A DNA stretch of 57,371 bases from Perkinsus chesapeaki ATCC PRA-425. Its lineage: Eukaryota > Protista > Perkinsozoa. The notes under the pieces were generated by a model. The model did not search any database. It saw only the letters and a list, made by a program, of their open reading frames with translations, and was not told the DNA's origin. The stretch covers positions 1 through 57,371 of the forward strand of contig JAAPAO010000177.1 in the NCBI GenBank assembly GCA_013115145.1. The letters are read 5' to 3'. Both the position numbers and the translations under genes were made by a program. How positions within the stretch are numbered: position 1 is the first letter of the stretch; every line of letters starts with the position of its first letter. Below are positions 1 through 12,384 of this stretch, piece after piece.

Positions 1-1
1 T

Positions 2-295
2 AACGGTGGTAACGACCTTCATCGCACTAACAACATAGCGGAAGGGCTGAACAGCTGCTTGGCTCGGCACTTCGGAGTCCACCCCAACATCAACTCGTTT
101 ATTACAAAATTGTTGGAATACGAGAGTACTGTTCTCGTTAAATTAAGATCAGCCAATATCCGCCCACGGCCTTCACAATCTAGGGAGCCTGCTAGGATTT
201 CTCTGGCTACCCGGTATCGGGCCAATGAAATTAGTCTGCTGCACTATTTGCATGCAGTGGGGAGAGTGAACACTTTCCCCGCATCTGTGTTTTAA
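2..295 (+). mobile_element. C-terminal fragment of a Mutator-like (MULE) DDE transposase, truncated by the window edge
   Basis: The open frame from base 2 reads NGGNDLHRTNNIAEGLNSCLARHFGVHPNINSFITKLLEYE. This matches the MULE C-terminal pattern RTNNxxEGxxxxLxx..HPNIxxFIxxL, which carries the catalytic E. Confidence 0.75.
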
Positions 296-1159
296 GCAGC
301 ACGGTGCAGAACTCTATTCCTCAAAAAGTTTCTTAAATGCAGGCCGTGTGCAGTGTGTCAGTTTGCAGCTGAATGTGTTTCTAACCGAGAAAACGTGTTG
401 CGCCAATGTAGTGTTTGGAATGGTAGCGGAACGCAGTTGACGGAACATCAACGAGGCAATCACTTGTAACGAAAAACGTCGCGCGATGACCGTACGAAGT
501 CACATAACCGCACTCGCAAAAGTAGCTTGAGAGCATAGACTGAGCATATTCGTTGCGTAGTGAGAGAATGATCTTCCGTATTTTATAATTGGACTTTCCC
601 GAATTGTGCAGAATGCTGTAAAATATACACTACTTGTTGCCACTCGGCGAGTGGCAACCGCAATACCTTCCAACTAATAAACTGAAAGTTATCGCGTGTA
701 ACACACAATAGAGAGTTTTTTGCATCGCTGCGATAATGCTGATTGTTGCGTATCAAGTTTTGCTTGGATTGGCGACCTCCGCATGATGACAGCGTGCTGT
801 CTCCAAAGAACAAGGCGTCATGCCGTAGGCCATTGTATCTCTGGTTATCTCTAGTACTTTGATTGTTCAATATGGCGTCTGCCAACGTGGCTCGAGTCCG
901 AAACTGTTAGGATAAGATCTGTTACGTATCGAGAGAGTTGTTCCAGAGTTACAATATCATATTTGTAACAATGCATTGTGTTTTTGATTAAGTAATAATG
1001 AAACTTATATTGACAAAAAACCCCAAGGTGAGCACGCGTTATCGTTAACAATGCTCGATTATGTGTCACGACGGAACATGAAAAATAGACTTGGGCACTG
1101 TGATGTGAGTATAAGTCGTAAAGTCGCACATCTGACAGGGCTCCAACACCGCCGACGAT

Positions 1160-1470
1160 TAGTTGTCCAAAAGTGACCAAAATCACGTTTGGACAAGTAG
1201 TTGACCTCGCTGAACAACTTAACGACAAAAAAAACAAGTTGTCCAAAAGGTAGAAAAGCAAGCTTTGGACACTTCGACAACGTTGACATGTCGAAAAAAA
1301 ATGCCCAGACGAGACCTAGAGGACGCATTCCGACACTTGTTGTCGTTATCCATTAATTTAGGGCGGGCGCTAAAGGTATTTGATGTGTCCGAACAAGGGC
1401 TTAAGGAGCTTGTTACGACACGTGTCGGCAGGACAGTTTTCGACTTAGAAGGCGATGTGTCGAAAGAAGC
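1160..1470. repeat. Cluster of short TGTC[C/G](A)A motifs in both orientations forming degenerate inverted repeats (possible transposon subterminal or foldback relic)
   Basis: TTGTCCAAA...TTTGGACAA hairpin at ~1163-1197 and a second similar one at ~1240-1271. 1263-1310 is loosely complementary to 1420-1464. Confidence 0.35.
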
Positions 1471-2050
1471 GCTTACGGACTGGACCCGAGATTGCGCACG
1501 CGTGCCATTTGAGCGAGCTGACCAACCACACGACCATTTGTGTTGGTGTGAGTAAATGATAGGATAACTTCACTTAATAATCATATATCATCTCCTTTTT
1601 ACTTATCGAATGAACACTTATATATCCCAGTTTAGCCATGTTGTGTGAAATATTTCAGAAATTGACAACAATAACGCTATAGAAAATAACACTTTTTCGT
1701 ACTTACGGACTATACAGTAGAGCCATTTAGACAAGATGTCGTTTTGCAAACTGAAATCCGCATTGTCAAAGTTGTCGAAAACGGGCCGTCCGGTTGTTTC
1801 AAAAGGCTTGAGAAGTCTCGAGTGCAATATAAACTCGGTATGATATTCTTGTGGCTGGCATAACATTACAACACCTTGCAGTTGGATATCCTTATATATA
1901 CTAATAATATATTATTATATATTAGTGCTATTAATGTTAATATAAGACTTATATATAATATCAATACTATTCTGATATAATACAAAATGTTGATAATAAC
2001 GTAATATCATTAACAGCATTCTTTAACAGTTTAATATTGACCTTTAAGAG

Positions 2051-5000
2051 ATGTCAGGCTTCTCCGGTGTAGTGAAGCTGGCTGATCTCGATGACTTCAT
2101 CAGTCCTAGCACGGTAATAGAGGGTCTTAATTGGGCAATGCACGTAAAATGCGATTCTAAAAGTGATCAGGAGGATATCCTAGGTTCATCCTGTTAAGAT
2201 TCATCTTAGCTCAGGAAGCACCGATAGCCTTTTTGCTCACATTTACCTCATTGCTTATTCATTAGGAATGCGTAATCCCTCTTGCTGGAGCTATTGACCA
2301 AAGTAAAGCTGAAAAAGATACTGGAGAAGTCAGACCGCAACTGATAAAGTCAAAAAAGGTAATGAGCGTCAATACCTCACTTAAGTGGTTAACGAATATA
2401 GAGTATATATAAACATAATAATTTGCCATTCGTTCCAGTTTACTATTCCCAATTTTTCCCTTCACGTTTCTATTTCATTAATTATTTTTATAACTTTTGT
2501 ATATGGGCCCTGGGCAAGCCTGTTTAGTATCTTGGCAAGATACTAAACTAAACCTTCTCTAGGATACTGCAAGATAATCTTGCATTCGTCTTGCTATTTT
2601 ATTTTTGCAAATTATCGTATTGCTATCAATTTTTCATTACGACACTTCGTTATTTATTATTTTTTCATGTCGTTCAGGCTGAAGAGAAAACCACAGGCCA
2701 AACGGCGACGATCGCCCAAGTGTCGTTGTCCGACTGCCTTGCTTGTAATAATAAATACTACTATTATTTAGTTTATATATATTACAGGTAGCGGATGCGT
2801 GACGTCAGCTGAGACAGTTCTCCTTACAGAGCAATCGACAGATGCACTGGTACAGCAACTCACTGTAATGGGGGGGATACGGAGGAGGAAGCCAAAGGGT
2901 CATCTGATAGCTAGGGATGAGCTCACGTTCACACTAGGAACATATAGCACTGTTTGAATCCCGAGCTAGCGTTACTTACTGCAACCGTCAAGGGAGAATA
3001 CACGTATACTTATTACCTTGTTAAACCCAGTTCGGTATACCTGGGGACCCTAAGTTAGGGTGAGCAGGCTTAGTCTCGGCCAGCCCTGTTAGCATTGACA
3101 ACGCGGAGCTCTCTCTCCTCGTTGTTGCCGGGTTCCTCACCTGTTCATTGCTCTTCAGCTATCCATATGGAAGCATTTTCCCTAAGGGCCAAAAATAGCG
3201 CATAGGAATGAAAATACAAGTATTGATGAGCAGAGAGGAACCGTCCTGTGCTTTCCTTCTGGGCCCAACACTTAATGTCTCTCTATGACTCCCTGGCTCT
3301 ACAAAATGCCATTTTTCGCCGAGGAGATTCGTTGACCTTTCCCATCATCATTGAGTCGAGACTTCCTATCTCAGACACCGGCATCCTCTGTCCCCGAGCA
3401 AAGGCCTCAGTCTCCACGGCAGGTAGTTATATCGGTAACGGGACCAAGCAGGACTTCCCTAGCAGAGTAAGATACTCCTCGGAAGCCGGCCATGGGTATT
3501 ATAAAGGTACTTTTCGATACCGTCGGATAAGGTAGTGCCGGCGTTAGGAGAGGCAATCAGGGAGTTGGAGAAGGAGCTGAATAAAGGAAGTGGAGGGAAG
3601 GAGGAGGATTCTGCCGTCGGTAATACAGAGCGATCGGCCGATAGGGCAAGTTTGATGCCATGTGTGAAATTGGATTTGTTGACGAGTCGCTCTGGCAAAT
3701 CGGCGCTCTCAGTGAGAGCCTCTCACTATCACATGAGAGCTTGAAAGTTGATATGATTGAAGCGTTTATTTCCGCAGTAGTATAACTTTGGATGCTGCTT
3801 CTTGTTAAAACAACTGTGCATCCTTTTTGTCAGGCTTCGAGCCTCCTTTGGTATCCTGTATTAATACTAGTGCGAGTGAGGCAGTGGCTTTGTTGTTAAC
3901 TAGGGACGAAGCTAGACGACGGAAGGAGGAGGCAGTGCGAAGTGGGGTAGTATGGGGCCTTTGGCGATGAATATAGTGGGAACTGCTCGGCGGTCTTGGT
4001 GCGCTTCTATGCCCTTAGGGCCAACAGGGAAGGGGCCGTGCGGGAAGGTATTTTATTGTATGTTCCTATTGCAATAGTACTCTTCCTTACATTTCCTGCA
4101 GCCTAAGAACATCCAAAGGCACACATTTCCTTACGGTTAGAAGTCTTTGATTCTAATAACTTGATGAGCATGTACTTAGCTCAACTCGATCACTAGCTAT
4201 TATTTCAAAGTTCGGGAGCAAAAATCTAATGTTGGGCTACCCAGGTCTAGTACTGCTCTTGAGCACTTATTACCGCATTAATTCACTGGTTGGACCTGGA
4301 AGTTGATCTTATATCTTGTGTCGGAAGAACTTTGTATAATTTCTTTATTATCATCCTTCCCACTAAGAGCCGCTGACAAAGATGTATTGCAACTCAGTTT
4401 CATTATAGTGCAGCAAAAGTTTTGCTGGTTTATGTGAAAAACCAAAAAACCATCATTTTTAGGCGTTTTTGGAAATTTCATATATTATCGGATTTGTCAA
4501 AGTATTACCCCATTCCATTTTCATGGCGCACGGTCATTAGTTTTATTCTTTCAGGTTAGCCCGAAGCCGCTGCTTACGTCTCATTGCCCTGGTTGGACGT
4601 GTTATGCTGAGAAGAGTCTTGATGGGAAGGTGGTGGAGTTATTGAGTAATGTGAGGTACTTTGGGGAGGGAGCGGTATGGCATCTTTGAAGTAAGCGTTG
4701 AAATGATTATACAGTATCAGAATAATACTTCGGAAAGCTAGCGTAATCAACCTAAGCTATTTATCCATATTAGTGTATCATACAAGCTTCCGGACGGGCA
4801 CATCCGGAATAATTGAGGACTGCCCACTACGGTATTAGTAGTTCTGGTAAGCCATACTAAAATAAATGCTACCAACATGTACATATCCTATTAACTATTA
4901 TTAATTCGATACTAAGTAACTGAAAGCATCTGGTGTCTGTTAAACCTTTTGGAGGTTCTCAGTGGCGGTTGTCTTCTCAGGTCTGCCGAGCAAATCCAAG

Positions 5001-6054
5001 GTCTATACGTAAAAAACGTCATACCGCAACTTGCCTTCATCGCTGCATATAAAGGCCTGTGGGACGCTTCCTTGCTCAGTGGAGTTGGAGCGGTTCTGGG
5101 TAGAGCTGCTAGGAAGGAGTGCACGATTGATTCGGTGTATCACGTATTGGTGTCACCATGCTTTGATAGGAAGCTTGAAGTGCTGCGACCTAATTATAAG
5201 ATACGGACGGGGGATACTGGTGAGGAAATGGGGGGGAAGTTGCTATGTGGCTTGGATGCTGTGTTTTGTATAAACCAACAAGAGCCTTGTTATTTATGGA
5301 GCCAGCATTATTGCGGTTTACGGTTTTTCTATCAGATTCTCCCAAGGATGTTCCGAGTATCGATCTGGTCCTTGGCACCAGCGAGATAGTTACTCTTTTG
5401 AAGGACCACGATTTGCATCTTTCTAAGTTCGTCGATGCCGAGCCGTCCAATGATCCTCTACTGTGTGGATCACATTGCTTTGTACCTTATCGAGATTCTT
5501 CAGAGTGCGGAGGATATGCCCGAGATGAGCTAAGCTCCGCGGAGAGTCCAAAATGGACCGTTGTGAAGAACCAAGATTTGACGCATGTTGGCCGAGTCGC
5601 CCGGGCGTATGGATTCAGGAACGTGCAAAATATTGTGAGGCGCGCAAGAAAGCGCGGATTCGATTACGATTTCGTGGAGATCATGGCGTGTCCCGGCGGC
5701 TGCGGGAGCGGTGGAGCCCAGGTCATTTCGGATACCATTGCGAAACGGCCGAAAGATTCTTCCGAGGTTGGTTGGTTCGCAAAAGCTACGGGAAAAATTC
5801 TCGGTAAAATACGGCGGAGCGAAACGCCCCATAAGAAAATTCGTCCGGAAGATCGAGTTGATGTGGCCAAGCTCGCCAGGGAATCTTTCACGAGAGTCCA
5901 TCACAGTGTGCCTGTCATCTCGCCGGAAAATTCGGCAGAGGCTCGAGTTCTGCGAAAACTTTTGGAAGGTCAAGATTTGAGTGCCGAATGGCGGTCCTTA
6001 TCGGAGGAGAAGAAGGATTCGACGGTTGCAACGGCATCATCATTGAAGTGGTGA
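2051..6054 (+). CDS. NAR1: Cytosolic Fe-S cluster assembly factor Nar1/NARFL/CIAO3 (Fe-only hydrogenase-like), multi-exon
   Basis: Spliced exons give MSGFSGVVKLADLDDFISPST|ECVIP..., DCLA|CSGCVTSAE, VVISVTGPSRTSLAE, LTSHCPGWTCYAEK, YHVLVSPCFDRKLE, AYGFRNVQNIV, FVEIMACPGGCGSGGAQ and a terminal ...LKW*. These are hallmark Nar1 motifs. Exon 1 2051-2113, exon 2 2266-2358; last exon ends 6054. Confidence 0.95.
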
Positions 6055-6503
6055 TAAATCGATCACGTGATCGATTTGGATATGTATCATTGGTAGCTCA
6101 CTGAAGAGAGCATTTGCTCTTGTATCTTTATTGTTCCTGTTTGTTTTTCCTTCATTTTCCGCCGAGTTTGAGTGATATTAATAATATTTCACTGCGCCCT
6201 CCTCATAGGTAAGGGACTTCCCTCAAGGCTCCCTTGCAGTATGCTTGGTCTACAGGACAAGTTCCTTTGGTCGTCTCGGCGAACAATGTCTCATCGGTGG
6301 GAAACTCTCATCGTTTGAGGGAACATGCCCTTTCGTTCGACACTCATCATTTCATACTCAACAATATGGAGCTGATTAAACCTTTTTCTTGGAAGCCTTA
6401 AGATACCAATTTGATGCGCTTCTCTGTTAAAGATAGCTTTTCTCCAACTAGGTGTTTTCTATCAACCTTTTGGTTCCTTCTCCTCCTCCTTTTCCTTCTT
6501 ATT

Positions 6504-9271
6504 ATGTCTTCTTCAATAGCAGCCTCTACGGTTCCTAGTTCCTATTACCCGGCCATGTTCGCTAAGAGTGTGCTGAAGACGACACTCAAGAGAATGGCCG
6601 GCAATTTCGCCCAGAATGAAAAAGTCTTCTGGCATGACCGCGCCATTATCGACTCCATATCGAAGGATATTGGGGATGGAGGCACTTGGAAGGATAGGTG
6701 TAATAAACAGGGGGGTAGGTGACGAGCTTTAGGGCCCCTAAATGGGGTCGGTACGCTTTCTGACGGTTTTCGGTGGAATAGAGTAAGATAATTCTAAGCT
6801 ATTTGGAAGCAGGTCGGTAAACTGCGAACTAGATCAGCATAAGATTCTCACTCGCCAGTAGGTGAGTTGTCCTATGTACTAGCAAATTCAAAATGGTGAA
6901 ATCGGCAACCTCCTTTTTACCATACCGGACAGTTAGCAGTCCCATTGGATGTTGTTACCCGAATATTGGAATGACTCTAGGTTTTTGTCCCACAGTTGTT
7001 TCCTTTCAGGCAAACTATCCTTTGTTAAAGTGTCGCCTGATTGCACCGCACACGTTCTTCGGTCCCGTCAGCCGGCCAGGACGTCGATATCTCGATGGAT
7101 GTTGTATCTTCATGGAGGATACTTCTGCATGTTTAGTCCAGAATACTATTATGAGGTGGCATCAAAGCTAGCTGAGGATAGTGGATGTCAAGGAGTGGTT
7201 ATACCTCATTATAGAAGGCCACCGGAACATAAGTAATAAAGAAGAGGAATTTTCGAAAGGGGAATAATGGTATTTTTACAAGGGGGAAACATTGGAAAAT
7301 AGGAGTCTCCCTCGCTCAACTGCGTTATTCAATTCGCTATATTGCTCTAGCAAGCACGCCTCAAATTAAGGCGACGCTGACTTGGTTGTTGTTAATTATT
7401 AGTGCCCCAGCAGCCTTGGAGGACTGCGTTAACGCATATCGCTGGATGAGATCAGAAGGAGGAGCCGAGGAAGTAGCGGTGGCTGGTGACTCGGCTGGAG
7501 GCAATTTGGGTGCGGCTATGATGCTGAAGACCCAGGATCAACCCCCAGAGGTGATGAGAAATCGATCGTGTGATCGATTTGTAGAGACGTTAGTCAATTC
7601 TTTAATCTGAGCTAGTCTCAGGTATATTCGTATCGTGGGGTTCTTCATATTTGTGTGTTGAGGAAAATTTAAAATAATGCAAAAACTCTTTTCGGAATTG
7701 TCAAATTGACTATTATCTCGAGAAATAATATGAAAATTTACTTAATATATCTCATTAATAATAGAGAAATGATAGTACCAGATTATTCTTGTTGTTTTTA
7801 ATGTATGAAGTCGATATTAAAGGTAAACAAGTTGGAAGTTTTTAAGCTTTATTATTAGTATAAAGTTTATTATTAGTTTATATTAGTATAATTTTCCAAC
7901 GTTGGTATTTCTGCTTGCTTCTTCAGGCATGCTGTCTGTTTTCACCATATCTAGATCTCACCAATAGGAGTGATTCCTATCAAATTAATAAAGACACTGA
8001 CCCTATAGTATCAGACGAGTTAAACCATAAAGTGGCATGGATGTGAGTTTAATAATGACAGAAAGGTTCCTGGTTCGAGTCCCGGTGATGTCGTTTTAGA
8101 TACCTTCAAGGAGCGTTCGACTATGATAGCTTAAAAAGCGAGGGAAAGGTACACCAGCCCTTCACGGCACAGAAGCGTGTCGCGCAAGTAGGGGAAAACA
8201 TCAAAAAAATCAAGCGGAGCGATGCGAAAAATTTTCGTTTTTAAATGCCTATGGACGTTCTATTTTTTCAGTTCCACAATGCTGCCCTGAACCCTCTGGC
8301 CTCGCCGGTGTATGCTCCAAATCTACCAGAGATTTTCCAGAATACTCCCTTACAGATTCAAGCCAGTAAGTTTATTGCGTATTGGGTAACGGAACTCTGA
8401 ACTTTAGGGCGGCCCCATGCGAAATTATTACAGTCTTTTCCAACGCTATCGGCGTGAAATTGCGGGCAAATCCTACGACTGAGACTGGCTCCAAATTTCA
8501 GCTTTACTCGAAGACGGGAAGAGCGTAATGTTCTGCTTTGCTCCTTATAGTATATTAATCTGATTTAGGAAATCTTTTCTTTGACTTTGAACCTTTTTAT
8601 TGAAACCCGAAACCGTTTGCAAAGCCGCATCCCTTTATTACTGCATTTCAACCAGTGGGTGATAGATAAGTCACTTGCTCGGAGGACTTGTAAGCAATAT
8701 CTAACGGTTTTCAGGTCTCTCTGAGGCACTTCTCACAGACTCGGTTCGCTTCTATTCTGAAGTAACTGGTGAGGAGATGCCGTCGACTGAAGACCTCGTG
8801 CATCGTAATGAGTATATGGAGTTCCATAGCCCACAGGGGCATGTTTTGGAGCTCTTCCCTCATGAAGGCCATGCATTCCCGGTAAGGACACGAGTTTCGT
8901 TATCCTGCCGTTTAATTGGTCACGCTGAGTTATTTAATATATTATCTATATAATATTACTACATTTTGAATAACTAAATTATATAAGCTTCAAAGTGTTG
9001 TGAGATTGACGATTTTTCTGCTAAATAGAGAACCGCGAACGAGGCAGTCGATAATGTGTTGAATATCGAGTCTCATGCTGTGAATTTCACAGTGGGAAAT
9101 CTTATTTATACCCATCGGCGTGTAATGTACTTTTTGGAAAGGGAATCAGGAATATCTTCGCATCATTGCTTACTATGTCAGGTTACATCACCAAAGCGTC
9201 CAGAATCGCAGAAGGCACTTCAGCTAACCGCGGCCTTTGTACAAGACGCTTTAAATACTCACAAAAACTGA
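6504..9271 (+). CDS. HSL-family (Abhydrolase_3) esterase/lipase, paralog 1, ~8 exons
   Basis: Contains LYLHGGYF (oxyanion motif), YRRPPEH, ALEDCVNAY, AGDSAGGNL (catalytic Ser), LFSPYLDL, NPLASP, SEALLTDS and ELFPHEGHAF (His). Exons join in phase; stop at 9271. Confidence 0.93.
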
Positions 9272-9967
9272 CCCATCAGTTCTATGTTTTCCACATTCTC
9301 GTCGTCGTGTGTTTGTTTTCTCTTAGTTCCTACCAGCACTTCTACAGTTTATGCTTTTGCTGTACTATTATAATATCTAGTTAACCTCTGTCGTTCCTGC
9401 TAATACGTTAGATTCTCAAACTCTCAAGCGACTGTTGAGTTTTGACTAGTGCGGCTACCGTCTTTTCCATGTGAAAAGGTTCATCCTATTCAGCATTCTC
9501 ATTATTGCTTTGTGATGCGATATTCAATGCTTGTATGAGTTGTTATATACGTTGTGGCAGATTAGTCGAACGTATTATCTACAGGCATCTATTCCATTCG
9601 CACATTTATGAAATAGTTACAATTCTTTAATTCTTACACTTCGAAATTGTGTGTGTACTGAAACAAATGGTGACGCCGAGTAGAAATTGTCTGCGATCTT
9701 CGTGTACAGTTTCAAGCTACTTGTGCCAAATCATAAAGAAGCCTATCGGAATTCGTTTCCGGGAAGGTAGAGAGTCTGCTATTTCCACATTCCACAGTAG
9801 CTCCTATTCAATAAAAGAAGTTCCCCGAAGTTCCCACCGCGCGCCGATCCGCACGCGTGCTCAAGCTGTACGCACACCCCTCTAGCAGTCACTTTGTTAT
9901 TTCGTTCCGAAGACTTCTGCACAGTTTTAATTTCTCTTGATTTGTTAACACCCTAAAGACCTTGAAT

Positions 9968-11952
9968 ATGCGTACTGGTCTATCTAAAGTCGTACAGATT
10001 GTCGCTCAAAGAGTCGGCCAATCACAAGCTACCTTTACGGCCGACAGAGCCCTCGCCAACTGGTTCGGCCGCCTTCTTGGTAAATACTGGCAGCGCAAAT
10101 ACAAATGTAAGTTATACTGAATCTTCGTTTGAATCCTTAGCACTCGACCTCTTCACTGCTATATGTGCTTCCCCATCTGTTGGCGGAGAAGTCAAATCCC
10201 GGACGCTTACTTCGTCCCTTCCACAGACTCTATGGCACTGAGAATTGTATCTTCGGAAATGTGGATTCTAGTGGCAAATATCACCTTGCTAGTTGACGGT
10301 CTTGTCTTCTTCAGTTGACCTCAAGAAGGTTCAAGTATCCCCCTCGTGCACAGCTCACGTGCTCACCCACATGGACGCACATTACGCCCCCGATCCCTCT
10401 CGATGGTTGATGTTCCTCCATGGTGGTGGATTCTGCATGCTTGACCCTCGCTACTACTACGGTATAGCGGCACATATGGCAAGGGACAGTTACTGCCAAG
10501 GAGTGGTCATTCCTGACTTCAGGCTCTCCCCTGAATTCGGGTAGGTCCCGCTTCGCTCCGCTAGCCGGACCTGCGGCCATTTCTTCAGGTTTCCCGCTCA
10601 GCTGGAGGACTGTGAAAGCACTTATGAGTGGCTCAGGAAGGATCAGAAGGCGAAGAAGGTTGCGGTAAGCTAATCTGTTGCACTTGTGTGCGCCGTTATT
10701 ACCATTTACCTGTGGGAAGATTCTGCTATTATTTCTAGCATCTCTGAAAATCCCTTTTAATATTTTCCAAAGAGCTTCGCGTGGCAGTATCTTTGTGCCA
10801 GAACTTGGAATGGCCAATCCAATCCTGCCATCCCAGCAAGTCTTTCTTTCATTTCGGATGGCTGAATTGTGTCCATCCAGCTTGCCTTTTGGCGTGGCAC
10901 ACATTTTTGCGCGGTTTTCGCTGTAAGTTTGATGGACGCGTCTTTCTTTCAGATTGCCGGCGATTCTTCTGGTGGTAATCTTGCAGCCGCACTCACTCTC
11001 AAGGAAAAAGATACCCCTCCTGAAGTGAGTTGCCCACAACAGCGGAGCGAAGCAATTCATGTTTCGCTGCTTTAGGCTGTTGCATTGCTCTCTCCTTTCT
11101 TGGATATGACAATCAGTGGCGAGACTTATGACCTCAATGCAGCAACTGACCGTCTGGTTTCAAAAACCAATGCCTCGCGTGCTGCCGAAATGTAGGCAAC
11201 GTCACTCGCCACGGAATTCCCAATTCCGACGTGATCAGGTATGTCGCGGGCAAGTTCGATCCTATCCCAACTGACGAGGTGAGTTAACGCGGACAAGTTT
11301 CCTGCGCCCCACGAAATTGGCTTGTAGTTGAAGGAGAAGGTCCAGAACCCACTGGTGTCGCCGTTGCTGGCTGATAATCTTCCTGAGGTTTTCAAGTCTA
11401 CCAAACTCCTCATCCACGCAAGTAGGGTATTTGCTGCTTCGCTCCACCGTTAATATTTGCCCAGGCTTGAGCGAGGCGCTTCTTTGTGATTCGGTTAACT
11501 TCTACGAGAAGGTCAGCGGTGATACTCTCCCGCCCCTGTCGGAGCTTGTGAAGAAGCAAGAGTATTCGAGGCATGAGAAGGATGGCCGTGTGCTCGAGCT
11601 GTTCCCCAACGAGCCTCATGCTTTTGAAGTGAGCGACGTCAGGTTCAATTGGTATGAGAATAGGACATTATGAAAAGGCTATTATAGCTCATTTGATAGC
11701 TGCTTGACTTTGATAATATTCCTTCATATCTTAGTATGCATTTGCTTTGATAAGATTGAGATTTGTGAACTCCCTTCTTATTTTCAGGCCTACGTTCCCA
11801 AGAAGCATTTGAGCGAGTTCGCTGTCCAATCTGTTGCAAGATTCCTCGACAACAGCCTCAGTGAAAAGGACACCACTGAACAGTCCATTTATCGTACCGG
11901 TTTCGGAACCAATGGCGACCGTGATGACACGTCGTCCCTCTCAGCATGCTAA
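9968..11952 (+). CDS. HSL-family (Abhydrolase_3) esterase/lipase, paralog 2, ~9 exons
   Basis: Contains MFLHGGGF, FRLSPEF, FPAQLEDC, IAGDSSGGNL, LLSPFLDM, NPLVSPL, SEALLCDS and ELFPNEPHAF. Most intron positions match paralog 1; stop at 11952. Confidence 0.93.
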
Positions 11953-12384
11953 TTGCTTTCCTGCAGACTCTTCCGTGCATAACGGAAGTGCTGCGGTTTC
12001 CCTAGGCCAAGCCAGCCCCGTACAGGATGACTGGCGGCCATTCATGAAGGCATTGCTAAGGAAACTCATCCATTCATTAAATTTACGACTATTGTATTTG
12101 GCGGCGGAGCGAAGCAGCCTCTCGTTTGCCAATTTTGTCTAGATACTCCACTTAAGTTTCTGATGAATACCGTTTAGCATTCCGTAAAGTCTGCTGTGTT
12201 CCATATGCGAGGTTGTTTTGAGTTTTACTAGTTAACGCAACATATAGGATGAAAAGCGACATTAACGGGAGGAGTAAAAACGAGTTATCATACTACAAAC
12301 GAATATATATTGAAGAGGGCGTCCTCATACAAACTATGGCATGTTGCCGAAAAATCGGTATGATATTGTTGCACGCATGCACAT

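Noticed and set aside
6211-6332. Imperfect inverted repeat (AAGGGACTTCCCTCAA / TTGAGGGAACATGCCCTT) suggesting a ~120-bp MITE
   Set aside because: Short, gapped stem and no TSD. Cannot be supported without other copies.
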